From NCBI GenBank assembly GCA_934129885.1, contig CAKOWU010000007.1, positions 13,566 through 77,565 of the forward strand: 64,000 nt of DNA, read 5' to 3'. The position numbers and the translations under genes were made by a program. This stretch comes from an uncultured Bacilli bacterium. Lineage in GTDB: Bacteria > Bacillota_I > Bacilli_A > RF39 > UBA660. A model generated the notes under the pieces. The model worked only from the letters and a program-made list of their open reading frames with translations. It had not been told where the DNA came from and did no database searches. Shown one piece after another: positions 37,011-48,972 of this stretch. The number at the start of each line of letters is the position of its first letter. The first letter of the stretch is position 1.

Positions 37011-37541
37011 CTAGCCTAAATAATTTTTTATAAACGGTAACGCAACTATAAATGCGACTATAATGACAGCAAGAACAACTACAAATGTAAAAGTACTTTT
37101 GTTACTTGACTTTTCTTCTTTTGTAGTAACGTTATTTTCTACATTAATAGTTTGAGCTTGCTCGTTTGCTTCAAGTTTATCTTCTAATGGGGCTACACTA
37201 GTGGAACCCTCTTCACTTTGAGTAGCGTCCATTAGAGGTACTGAAACATCTACCATTTTTGGTACTTTTACAGGTGCCACAGTAGGTACTTCAGTAGATG
37301 GTTCTGACAAAGTATCTACCACAGGCGTAGTTTCAACCGTAGCAGTAAATATTGGCTCTGTTTCTGTAACAGGCGAAGTTACTGGTGCTGTTTCTGTAAC
37401 AGGCGAAGTTACTGGTGCTGTTTCAGTTGCTGCCACCTGTGCATTTACATCCTCTGGTTTATTTACTTGACTAGCAAAATCAAAACTATAATCTAAATTA
37501 CCATTATTTGTTTCATTATTATTTTTATTTTCCTCAATCAC
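37011..37541 (-). CDS. Pro/Thr/Val-rich repeat protein with C-terminal TM anchor
   Basis: Contains an exact 30-bp tandem duplication (37358-37387 equals 37388-37417) encoding TETAPVTSPV units. C-terminal TM FTFVVVLAVIIVAFIVALPFI. Confidence 0.6.
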   Translation of the reverse strand: MIEENKNNNETNNGNLDYSFDFASQVNKPEDVNAQVAATETAPVTSPVTETAPVTSPVTETEPIFTATVETTPVVDTLSEPSTEVPTVAPVKVPKMVDVSVPLMDATQSEEGSTSVAPLEDKLEANEQAQTINVENNVTTKEEKSSNKSTFTFVVVLAVIIVAFIVALPFIKNYLG

Positions 37542-37608
37542 TATTTTTTCCTCCTTATTCTACTAAAGACATTTTATCAAAAATATTTATAAAAATAAAG
37601 TTTTTTAT

Positions 37609-39648
<2,040 letters not shown>

Positions 39649-39712
39649 TTATGTTTTATCATATAACTTATAGTAATGTAGAAAAAACAGCATGAATTAT
39701 CATGCTATTTTA

Positions 39713-40615
39713 TTACTTCCATAAATATCTTGGATACTTCTCTTCATTAATATAAATATTTATTGCATTTACTAAATCTTCTTTGTCTTCCTTATAAGTT
39801 ACTCCATGCCATTTAGCAGTCGTTCCTTTAATATAAACAGTTGCAGTCTTATCATTTATTTGTTTTGATATAATATCAGGCACTAGATATTCAGCATCTA
39901 AGTTATTTATATTCTCATCTAAAAATTTAGGAAACTCTTCTTCGATAGCTTTCATATAGTTTACTGTAAAACCAAATAGATTTACAGTTGCAAGAGCGTC
40001 CTCCTCTAGTTTAAACGTTCTACTGCCATCCAAAGGATATGCCATCATAATATTATTCTTAACTTCTACTTTACTTTCAGTTATTTTTTCTAAAATACCA
40101 TTTTTTGCGGTTACTATCCCCCTTTTTACAGAACCATTTTTTGATAGCGTATTTACTACTTTATAACAAACTGCCAGATAATGAGTCCTATCCTTATTAT
40201 TTTTAAGAAAATCTATTAATATCTCATAAGCATTATATCCATAGAAATCATCAGCATTTATAACTGCGAATGGACCTTTTATCATATCTCTAGCACTATA
40301 TATTGCGTGTGCAGTTCCCCATGGTTTAGTTCTATCCTTTGGGACTTCATAGCCTTCTGGTAAATCATTTATTTGCTGAAAAGCATATTCCACTTTAACC
40401 TTGTCCTCTAATCTTTTGCCAATTGTTTCTTTAAATATTTTCTCTTGTTCTTCTTTTATAACAAATATAACCCTATTAAAGCCTGCCTTTACAGCATCAT
40501 ATATTGAATAATCAATTATAAACTCACCACCCGGTCCAATAGGTTCTATTTGTTTAGGCCCGCCAAATCTACTTCCGGCACCCGCAGCCATAACTAATAA
40601 TGTATATTCTTCCAT
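39713..40615 (-). CDS. sugar-phosphate nucleotidyltransferase family protein
   Basis: LVMAAGAGSRFGGPKQ N-terminal NTP-transferase signature. Confidence 0.75.
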   Translation of the reverse strand: MEEYTLLVMAAGAGSRFGGPKQIEPIGPGGEFIIDYSIYDAVKAGFNRVIFVIKEEQEKIFKETIGKRLEDKVKVEYAFQQINDLPEGYEVPKDRTKPWGTAHAIYSARDMIKGPFAVINADDFYGYNAYEILIDFLKNNKDRTHYLAVCYKVVNTLSKNGSVKRGIVTAKNGILEKITESKVEVKNNIMMAYPLDGSRTFKLEEDALATVNLFGFTVNYMKAIEEEFPKFLDENINNLDAEYLVPDIISKQINDKTATVYIKGTTAKWHGVTYKEDKEDLVNAINIYINEEKYPRYLWK

Positions 40616-40629
40616 ACCTTTTGTCTCCT

Positions 40630-40842
40630 TTAATTTTTATTCAATGTCCTATATACTACACCAAAGATAAATAATCCAATTAAGAAGAATGCTCCCCATA
40701 CCACTGGATTATTATGGTTAGCATATAACCAGTCTCTCGCAGGTTCTAGCCATTCATTTAGCTTTTGAATAATATTATTACCCGCAACTTTATCGTTCAC
40801 ATCACTAAACCAACGACTTATTTTATTTAATACTTGATCCAT
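40630..40842 (-). CDS. small membrane protein
   Basis: 70 aa with a C-terminal TM. Overlaps the pcrA 3' end by 20 nt. Confidence 0.45.
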   Translation of the reverse strand: MDQVLNKISRWFSDVNDKVAGNNIIQKLNEWLEPARDWLYANHNNPVVWGAFFLIGLFIFGVVYRTLNKN

Positions 40843-42922
40843 CTTTTTCCACCTTCTTTATACTTTTATGACCTTTCATTATTTTAATGATACCATATTT
40901 ATGAGAAAATGCAATAGTAAGAATGCTGCCAACATTAATTATTATACCTTCACCATATTTATCATGAATAACTTTATCCCCAACATTATAAATAGCATTT
41001 TCGTCTATCATATTACTCTTAAATACCTTTGGCTTTTCAGGCTTAACATCACTATCTAGATATTCTTTATTTATTTCACTTATAAACCTACTTGGAGGAT
41101 TTATACTAGTATTACCAAATAACATCCTACGCCTAGCATTTAAAACATAAAGATTTTTTTTTGCTCTAGTAATCGCAACATAACATAATCTTCTCTCTTC
41201 TTCTAATTCTTCATCACTATCCATAGAGTTGATATGCGGAAAGATTCCTTCTTCTACTCCTACTATAAATACATGCTCAAATTCTAATCCTTTCGCCGAA
41301 TGAATAGTCATAAGCGTTACTACATCATTATTATTTTTATGTTCTTCAACATCTGACACAAGACTTATTTCAAATAAGAAATCTTCTAAAGATATTATTC
41401 CATTTTGTTCCTCAAAGTTTTTAGTTATTGATTTAAACTCTTCCAGATTTTCTAACCTTATTTCAGATTCAATTGTCTTTTCATTTTTAAGTGCATTACG
41501 CATTCCAGTTTTATCCAAAACAAGATCTACTAGTTCAGTTAGTGACATGTTTTTACTTTCTTCTTTAATTTCTTCTATTATATTTTTAAATAATAACTCT
41601 TTACCACTATCTATCGCATCATATAATGAACAATTATTATCTATCGCTTTAGTACTTAAATTTTCAAGAGTTCTAGGCCCTATCTGACGCTTTGGAACAT
41701 TTATTACACGCATTAAACTTATATCATCATTAGAGTTATATATTAATTTTAAATAACTTATTAAATCTTTTATTTCCTTTCTATTATAGAAATAAAATGA
41801 TCCTACTACCTTATATGGAATATTTTCTTCAAGTAAAGCCTCTTCAATATTTCTTGACTGGGCATTTGTTCTATAAAGAACCGCTATTTCACTTTTAGAT
41901 GTACCACTTTGAATTAATCTCTTTATCTTATCCATTACATAATGAGCCTCATCTTTTTCATCATAAGCACGATGATATTTTACTTTGTCGCCCGCTTCAT
42001 TTTGAGTCCAAAGTATCTTTTCTTTCCTTTTTTTATTGTTTTTAATAACATCATTCGCTGCGTTTAAAATGTTGCTGGTTGAACGATAATTTTCTTCTAA
42101 CTTTATAGTTTTAACGTTTGAATAATCTTTTTCAAAATTCAAAATGTTTTGATAATTGGCTCCTCTAAAACCATATATTGATTGGTCAACATCTCCAACC
42201 ACACAAACATTCTTATATTTAGCACTAAGCATTTTTATTAAGGTATATTGTGCTTCATTAGTATCTTGATATTCGTCTACCAAAATATACCGAAACCTTT
42301 CTTGATACTTTGCTAAAATATCTTTATTTTCTTTAAATAATTTTATAGGTAAAGTAAGCAAGTCATCAAAATCTAAAGAATTATTAGCTTTTAATTTATC
42401 TTCATATTTTTTATAGATGTCATGTATAATTTGTTCATAGTCTGAATGCACAAACCTAGCATATGCGTCCACATCTATCAGTTCGTTTTTAGCACCACTT
42501 ATTTTATTTCTAATAGCTCTTGGACTATACATTTTAGGATCTAAATTTTTATCTTTAATTATTTTTTTTATTATAGCTAAAACATCATCAGTATCTAAAA
42601 TAGTGATTTGTTTATTATATCCTAGTTTTTCATAGTTTTCTCTTATAAGGAGAAGTCCTAACGAATGAAACGTTGATATTTGAATATCATAAGAAACTGG
42701 TCCGAGCATTCTATGTATTCTTTGTTTCATTTCTTTCGCCGCCTTATTGGTAAAAGTTATAGCTAAAATATTATAAGGATTTATTTGCTTATCTTCTACC
42801 AGGTACGCTACTCTAGTAGTCAAAACTTTTGTTTTACCTGAACCAGCACCCGCTAATACAAGTAATGGGCCTTCAGTTGTCCTAACTGCTTCTTTCTGCA
42901 TATCGTTTAAATTTTCTATCAC
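40823..42922 (-). CDS. pcrA: ATP-dependent DNA helicase PcrA (UvrD family)
   Basis: LNDMQKEAV, AGAGSGKT and DEYQDT motifs. Start set to GTG 42922, with GAGGTGA 7 nt upstream. The track ORF extends further to 43036. Confidence 0.93.
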   Translation of the reverse strand: MIENLNDMQKEAVRTTEGPLLVLAGAGSGKTKVLTTRVAYLVEDKQINPYNILAITFTNKAAKEMKQRIHRMLGPVSYDIQISTFHSLGLLLIRENYEKLGYNKQITILDTDDVLAIIKKIIKDKNLDPKMYSPRAIRNKISGAKNELIDVDAYARFVHSDYEQIIHDIYKKYEDKLKANNSLDFDDLLTLPIKLFKENKDILAKYQERFRYILVDEYQDTNEAQYTLIKMLSAKYKNVCVVGDVDQSIYGFRGANYQNILNFEKDYSNVKTIKLEENYRSTSNILNAANDVIKNNKKRKEKILWTQNEAGDKVKYHRAYDEKDEAHYVMDKIKRLIQSGTSKSEIAVLYRTNAQSRNIEEALLEENIPYKVVGSFYFYNRKEIKDLISYLKLIYNSNDDISLMRVINVPKRQIGPRTLENLSTKAIDNNCSLYDAIDSGKELLFKNIIEEIKEESKNMSLTELVDLVLDKTGMRNALKNEKTIESEIRLENLEEFKSITKNFEEQNGIISLEDFLFEISLVSDVEEHKNNNDVVTLMTIHSAKGLEFEHVFIVGVEEGIFPHINSMDSDEELEEERRLCYVAITRAKKNLYVLNARRRMLFGNTSINPPSRFISEINKEYLDSDVKPEKPKVFKSNMIDENAIYNVGDKVIHDKYGEGIIINVGSILTIAFSHKYGIIKIMKGHKSIKKVEKDGSSIK

Positions 42923-43226
42923 GTTTTCGTCACCTCGTATGTTAATCATATCATATTTACTTATTTTATTAAAGTTAATACATAAAACTTCCAAATTTTC
43001 CAAATTGCAAGAGCTTAAAATAAAAAAATATTTCATAAAGGCCTAAAATACAAGAACATTTTTTTAGGTTATAACTAATTTATTTTTACAAATTAACCCT
43101 TGTGCGATGTAGTAAACACAAAAAAGCCCTAAATTTATAAGAAAAGTTAAAAAAACTCAAAAACTTCCGAAAAAAAAAGAAATTTGCGAATAAACACAGT
43201 ATGATACTAATAGAAGGGAGGTGACT

Positions 43227-44102
43227 ATGACTGAACATGTACTTGCAACTATGAATGAAAGAATTTCATACGGATTTTCTTCAGAGCACATGGCTCTTGA
43301 TTTAGTTCCAGAAAACGGAGGCGATACGGACGCTATCGCATTTGCTGAAGGAACTGTAGAAGTAGCGGTAAGTAACGTAAAATATACTAATCACAGTAGT
43401 AAAGGAAATGCAACGTACGGTAACTATGTCATCATAAAGCATCCAAATGGTTATAAGACTTTATATGCACATTTAAAATACGAAAGTATTCTTGTAAATG
43501 CTGGAGATTATGTATCTAAAGGCCAAAGACTCGCGACTATTGGTCAAACAGGTAATGCTTACGGCGTTCATTTACATTTTGAAATTAGAGGACCAGATAA
43601 TAAACTAGTTAATCCAAATGATTATTTATTTAGAAACAATACCGCATTTAGTCCTAATGAGAGTACTGAAAATAGTTCTTTAGAAAACACTAATAAAAAT
43701 ACTACTGTAAGTGAGAACAACAATAATACAAATACTTCTAATATAAAGACCGATGCCACAAATGAAGATAAACAAGCTTTTAAAGATAAAATGGACAATA
43801 CTAAAGGAAATATAGAAGGAAATTCTAACAATCCAATAGACGCTAATGAAACAGTAAATTTTAGTAACGAGATTACGGATAATAATGAGACGGTAAAAGT
43901 AAATAATGACGATTATTTAAAAAATACTAGTTATACCGGTGGCTCTATTGTTGACGGTCTTAAAGGTCTTAGCGAAGATAGTTCGTTTGATCACCGAGCA
44001 ATTTTGGCTTTGGCTAATGGGATCGATAACTATGTAGGCTCTTTTTCTCAAAATGTTTTCCTTTTAAAGTTGCTTAAAACTGGTGAACTTGTGCGTGCTT
44101 AA
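43227..44102 (+). CDS. M23 family metallopeptidase with Asn-rich low-complexity C-terminal half
   Basis: YGNYVIIKHPNGYKTLYAHL...GQTGNAYGVHLHFEIR. ATG 43227 follows GGGAGG. Confidence 0.88.
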   Translation: MTEHVLATMNERISYGFSSEHMALDLVPENGGDTDAIAFAEGTVEVAVSNVKYTNHSSKGNATYGNYVIIKHPNGYKTLYAHLKYESILVNAGDYVSKGQRLATIGQTGNAYGVHLHFEIRGPDNKLVNPNDYLFRNNTAFSPNESTENSSLENTNKNTTVSENNNNTNTSNIKTDATNEDKQAFKDKMDNTKGNIEGNSNNPIDANETVNFSNEITDNNETVKVNNDDYLKNTSYTGGSIVDGLKGLSEDSSFDHRAILALANGIDNYVGSFSQNVFLLKLLKTGELVRA

Positions 44103-44148
44103 AAAAATCAATACATATCGGTATTGTTTTTTTTAGAACTATTATTAT

Positions 44149-44880
44149 TTAACCCTTCCAGTTCACTATCGCATTACTAGCACCCCATGGGGCACCCTCT
44201 ATAGTATTTTCTTTTTTACAAATATTTATTTTTTTTAAAGTTGGAGTATCACTAAATGCATATCCAAGCATTTTAATCGTAGATGGTAAGTTAATTGATG
44301 ATATATTCAATTTACTAAATGCATAAGAAAAAATTTCTTCTACCCCCTCTTCAATTGTTATTTTTTTTGCTTCACTGCCATAAAAGGTATAACCATCAAT
44401 TTCTTTGATGCGGCCAGCTATAGTTATCTCCTCGTAATGAACATTTACATACGCTTTCGTTTGAATAACTGTTACCGTATCTAGAATAAAAGACCCTGTG
44501 GCATCTTTGCCAACATAACTATTTAAAACAGAATAATTTGTACTGTCATCTGAATTAATACCATAAATAAAGGCGGCATCACCTTTTAGATTGTTTTGTG
44601 GAAAAATATCACCACCTAACTTAGTTACAGAAGATGGAATTTTTATTTCAGTAAGATAATTAGAGTCAAAAGCATCAATACCAATCTCTTCTATTCCATC
44701 ATTTAAATTTAATTTCTGAATTGAATTTAATCTAAAGGCATAATCTTTTATAGTCCTTAAGTTATCTGGCAAAGTTAAAATTTCAATTTTATTTATTGAT
44801 TATGGTTATTGTCCCATTACCATGGTCAGAGATTTCATAGCATTTATCAGATACTTGATATACATTACCAATTGAGAATT
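44149..44880 (-). pseudogene. decayed BspA-type LRR (LRR_5-like) surface protein gene
   Basis: The track ORF (MPDNLRTIKDYAF...) continues upstream as FSIGNVYQVSDKCYEISDHGNGTITIINK* plus a frameshift. It is cut off at the terminator hairpin at about 44889-44925. C-terminus KKENTIEGAPWGASNAIVNWKG*. Confidence 0.55.
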
Positions 44881-45006
44881 TATTCACAGAAAAACACTTT
44901 ATCGTATAGAAATAAAGTGTTTTTTATTACATAAATAAATTATGATGTAGTTTTAATCTTTACCTGTACAATTCATTGTTACATTTGTGGAGACCTACTA
45001 TAACCA

Positions 45007-45729
45007 CTAGCACTCCTTATCACAAGACTTACTTAAACTAAATAATGTCTTAAACTGCTTCTCCTCATCCTTAAGCATCTCATCAGTAAGTTTCGCGTTC
45101 GCATCCTTTTGAACATCAGAAGTACCCTCAACTAACTTAATAGCTTTTCCCTCTTTAACATAAATAAAATTAGGCGCAAATATCCTCTTTTCACCAACAG
45201 ATACCTCATTACCCTCATCATCAGTTAAAGTGTAATCCGCAAGCACATTATCAAAATACTTAAGTAACTTCTTATACTCTTTCGTGCCTGCACTTACCAT
45301 CTTCGGCTTATTTTCATCATCAAGTTCATACTTATCTCTTAAAAGCTCATTATGTTCATTATCCCATATATTAACATAATAAATAGTACCAACATTATAC
45401 TTTTTAGAAACCTCTATAGCCTTCTCTATCGCACTACGGCACCAAGGACATTGCTTATCACCAAAATAAACAAAAAATGTCTCATTATCATCCATCATCT
45501 TAACAATATCACTCGTACTTGCGTACACAAATGGATTATCCTTATCAATAGATACATCCCTGTATTTACTACCATAAGAACTAGTCTTACCATTAAGTCC
45601 CTCATATTCATCCTTAAACTTCATCGCATCACTATTCGCACACCCAACAAGAGAAAATATCCCAGCACACAAAATAATAACCAAAATTAATTTTCCCAAA
45701 CTTTTATTCATTATAAAACTTTTATTCAT
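45007..45729 (-). CDS. thioredoxin-fold lipoprotein
   Basis: Lipobox LVGC and a CPWC redox motif. Confidence 0.78.
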   Translation of the reverse strand: MNKSFIMNKSLGKLILVIILCAGIFSLVGCANSDAMKFKDEYEGLNGKTSSYGSKYRDVSIDKDNPFVYASTSDIVKMMDDNETFFVYFGDKQCPWCRSAIEKAIEVSKKYNVGTIYYVNIWDNEHNELLRDKYELDDENKPKMVSAGTKEYKKLLKYFDNVLADYTLTDDEGNEVSVGEKRIFAPNFIYVKEGKAIKLVEGTSDVQKDANAKLTDEMLKDEEKQFKTLFSLSKSCDKEC

Positions 45730-45829
45730 TACTTACACCTCAGAAACAATTCTAACCCAAAACCATCAAAAACGAAATAAACAACTAGTTGAAAAAGATT
45801 TCAACCAAAAGTTGAAATCCACTTAAAAA

Positions 45830-46537
45830 CTAATTATCACAATCATCCTCACTAATCTCTAAAGGTATTTTATAAGAAATAGTCTTATCCGCACTATCCG
45901 AAGCCTTAATCTCCATATACATTTTAGAAGACACAAACATTGTACACTTTGCGGAATAATGGTCCATCTTAATCTTTAAACTCTCCAAATACTCCTTTAA
46001 AGTTTCATTACTTGCACTCTCACAAGAACTTATTTTCGTCCTCTTACCACTCATATCCTCATATAAACCACAAGAAAGTTTACTATAAATAGTATTGTCC
46101 TCCGTGCCATTATACGACACATCACTGATTATCAAAGACGTCCTATTATCAGAATAAACCACCGAACCAGAAATCGAAAACTCATTATTAGTTGTACTTA
46201 TCTCATTAAAATTAAAATTATCATCGTCTCTATTAGTAAAAATTAAAAACAAAATAACAACTACAAACACACAAACTACCAAAGCAATCATCAAAACATA
46301 TTTAAAACTTTTATCACGTTTATCACCCGCAAATTCCCCATTAATAATCTCCTCAATACTGACGCCAAACTGCTTGCTTATCTCCTTCAAAATAGCCATA
46401 TCCGGCAAATTTTTACCGTTCTCCCACTTGCTCACAGCCTGAAACGTCACTCCAAGTCTCTCAGCAAACTCTGACTGCGATAAATTATTTCTCTTTCGAA
46501 TCTCTCTTATAAACTGTCCAATTTTCTCTTGATCCAT
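45830..46537 (-). CDS. XRE-family HTH protein with TM segment and extracytoplasmic domain
   Basis: LSQSEFAERLGVTFQAVSKWENGKNLPD followed by a single TM. Confidence 0.8.
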   Translation of the reverse strand: MDQEKIGQFIREIRKRNNLSQSEFAERLGVTFQAVSKWENGKNLPDMAILKEISKQFGVSIEEIINGEFAGDKRDKSFKYVLMIALVVCVFVVVILFLIFTNRDDDNFNFNEISTTNNEFSISGSVVYSDNRTSLIISDVSYNGTEDNTIYSKLSCGLYEDMSGKRTKISSCESASNETLKEYLESLKIKMDHYSAKCTMFVSSKMYMEIKASDSADKTISYKIPLEISEDDCDN

Positions 46538-46629
46538 AACTTACCTCCAATCAAACAACATACCCATTATACCATAATTCCTTAAAATCTTTTTATTTAA
46601 ACTACATAATATATGAAGAAAAAAGATGG

Positions 46630-48231
46630 CTAATCATCATCTTTTTCATAACAATACTTATTGTCATTACCTTCACATATATACTTATTACTGTCATAAT
46701 GTAAACCATCTTTATCATAAGAAAATTCAGAAATATCTATATCATCAGCATCCACACTAACGCATTTGTGATAATAATCATTCTCTAGGTAACACACAGC
46801 ATCACCATCATAATCATATTCCATACTTAAATAATACTTATTACCATCTGTACTAAATTTAGTAACATTACCATCAGACAATTTAGAAATAATCTTTTTA
46901 ATATTATCTTCACTTGTAATAATCACCGTACTAGGTTCATCATAAACATAACTATAAATAGTATTTTCCTTTAAACCAGAAACTATCTTTTTATAAAATG
47001 TAAAAACATTATCCACATTATTATCATAATGTAAAGAAACATCATTGTCATTTTTAGAAAATCTAACTGTGTTTATATCTTTATTATATTTAACCTCAAA
47101 CTTAATCTTATCAGCTAAACTATTGTCCACCATAAAAGTATAATCATTTAAATAACTTACAATATTAATATTATTATCATATTTATAAGTTTTAACTAAA
47201 CTATCTGTATTTTCATAAATTACATCCTTGTATTTCATATTAATAAATGAAGTAAAAGTCAAAGCCATACCTACGCCACCAAGAACTAAAGCAATAATAA
47301 ATATTACAAAAATTCTCTTAATATTATTTTTTCTATTAAAGATAAATCCAAATAATAAAAGTAAAATAAGTATCGTTACAGTTATACCTGCAATACCACA
47401 AATAGTAAGTCCCACAAATATAAAGTGAACGAAAATATGATATATAAATAATGCTGTATTAAATACCAAGAATATTAAAAATATTGATATCATAGCAAAT
47501 ATAATTCCTGTAAAACATTTAAAGATAAAAAATGCAATCTTAAGTAATCCATTAATAAACCTGTATTCAGCATGTTTAGGATCCCTAATAATAATCTTTT
47601 CCTTATCCTTTACTTGTATCTTCTTGTCATTTTTATCATCATCTTGCACATCATCAGGTGTATCATCTTCCCTAATTATCTCATAGTAATCTAAATATCT
47701 CGTCTTAAATACATGAATAAAAATAACAAAACCAAATACCAAATATATAATGCCATATATAATTTCAAATATTCTATATATTACTGAATATATATTAGAC
47801 GGCAATACCCCAAATATCCCGGAAAGGACCCATTCAAGAATACCTCCAAGTACCGCATATACAAACAGTAAAATCAAAATAATAACAAACTGTTCAAATA
47901 AACATTTGATCTTTTCTTTAAAAGTCATCGCACTAAACATATCAATAGACTTAGTAATAAACTTAAGAAAATCATCAATATACTTATTCACCTTATTACG
48001 TGACTCTTGTCTATCTTTAACATCTTTAATATCCTGATTTAAAAGTTCATCAACCTTAAGATTAAAAATATTACATAACTGTAAGACCTTATCCATCTCT
48101 GGATATGCCTGCGATGACTCCCACTTTGAAATACTTTGTCTAGATACTCCAAGTTTGTCCGCTAACTCTTCCTGTGATAAACCACTTTCCTTTCTTATCT
48201 TCTTCAAATTATCAGCAAAATTCGCTTTCAT
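46630..48231 (-). CDS. XRE-family HTH protein with polytopic membrane domain
   Basis: LSQEELADKLGVSRQSISKWESSQAYPE plus several TM helices. Start at ATG 48231, with AAGGAGGAA upstream. Confidence 0.8.
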   Translation of the reverse strand: MKANFADNLKKIRKESGLSQEELADKLGVSRQSISKWESSQAYPEMDKVLQLCNIFNLKVDELLNQDIKDVKDRQESRNKVNKYIDDFLKFITKSIDMFSAMTFKEKIKCLFEQFVIILILLFVYAVLGGILEWVLSGIFGVLPSNIYSVIYRIFEIIYGIIYLVFGFVIFIHVFKTRYLDYYEIIREDDTPDDVQDDDKNDKKIQVKDKEKIIIRDPKHAEYRFINGLLKIAFFIFKCFTGIIFAMISIFLIFLVFNTALFIYHIFVHFIFVGLTICGIAGITVTILILLLLFGFIFNRKNNIKRIFVIFIIALVLGGVGMALTFTSFINMKYKDVIYENTDSLVKTYKYDNNINIVSYLNDYTFMVDNSLADKIKFEVKYNKDINTVRFSKNDNDVSLHYDNNVDNVFTFYKKIVSGLKENTIYSYVYDEPSTVIITSEDNIKKIISKLSDGNVTKFSTDGNKYYLSMEYDYDGDAVCYLENDYYHKCVSVDADDIDISEFSYDKDGLHYDSNKYICEGNDNKYCYEKDDD

Positions 48232-48434
48232 ACAATTCCTCCTTCCCACACATCATACCTTAGAAACCAGTTGCGTACAACCAACTTTTAGTTGTTTTTT
48301 GTCACTTTTTAGTTGCGCATCCCCATAAATTATATCATAAATAGATAATATTCCTCAAGAAAAAAATAGGGTCATATTTTCCCTATAAATAATTTTTCAA
48401 TAATGCCTTCCGCATAATCATTACCAATTTAAAT

Positions 48435-48944
48435 TTACTTTTCACTAGAAGTAATCATATTATCTAAAATAGTTAAAATCTCACTTTGATTTTTAAGTAA
48501 AAGAACTATCTTATTATGTAAATCTTCTAAAATAACCTCACTTTTTAAATCCGTTATATAATCATTTTGATTTCGCACACTGTCCTTCATCGCCGCTCTA
48601 TTTTGACTCATCATAATAATCGGTGCCTGTACCGCTGCCACACAAGACAAAATCAAATTAAGTAAAATAAATGGATATGCATCTATCTTTATAAAAAATA
48701 AATTGAGAACTATCCATAAAAACAAAAACAAAGTTACCATTATAATAAACTTCCAACTACCTAAACTACTAGATATCTTATCCGCCATCTTATCCCCTAT
48801 ACCGGCTCTTTTCTCCTCTTCCTTATCCACATCCAATGAAATATGATCAACTATCAATAATGATGCCAGTTCATCTATCTTATCCTCACTTAATTTATTA
48901 GAAACGAGTAATTTAACTATATCCTTTTTCTCCATATTTATCAC
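48435..48944 (-). CDS. DUF1003-like membrane protein
   Basis: GSWKFII...PFILLNLILS..AAVQAPIIMMSQNR pattern. Confidence 0.75.
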   Translation of the reverse strand: MINMEKKDIVKLLVSNKLSEDKIDELASLLIVDHISLDVDKEEEKRAGIGDKMADKISSSLGSWKFIIMVTLFLFLWIVLNLFFIKIDAYPFILLNLILSCVAAVQAPIIMMSQNRAAMKDSVRNQNDYITDLKSEVILEDLHNKIVLLLKNQSEILTILDNMITSSEK

Positions 48945-48972
48945 ATAATTATTATGCTCAAAAAAAGTAAGT

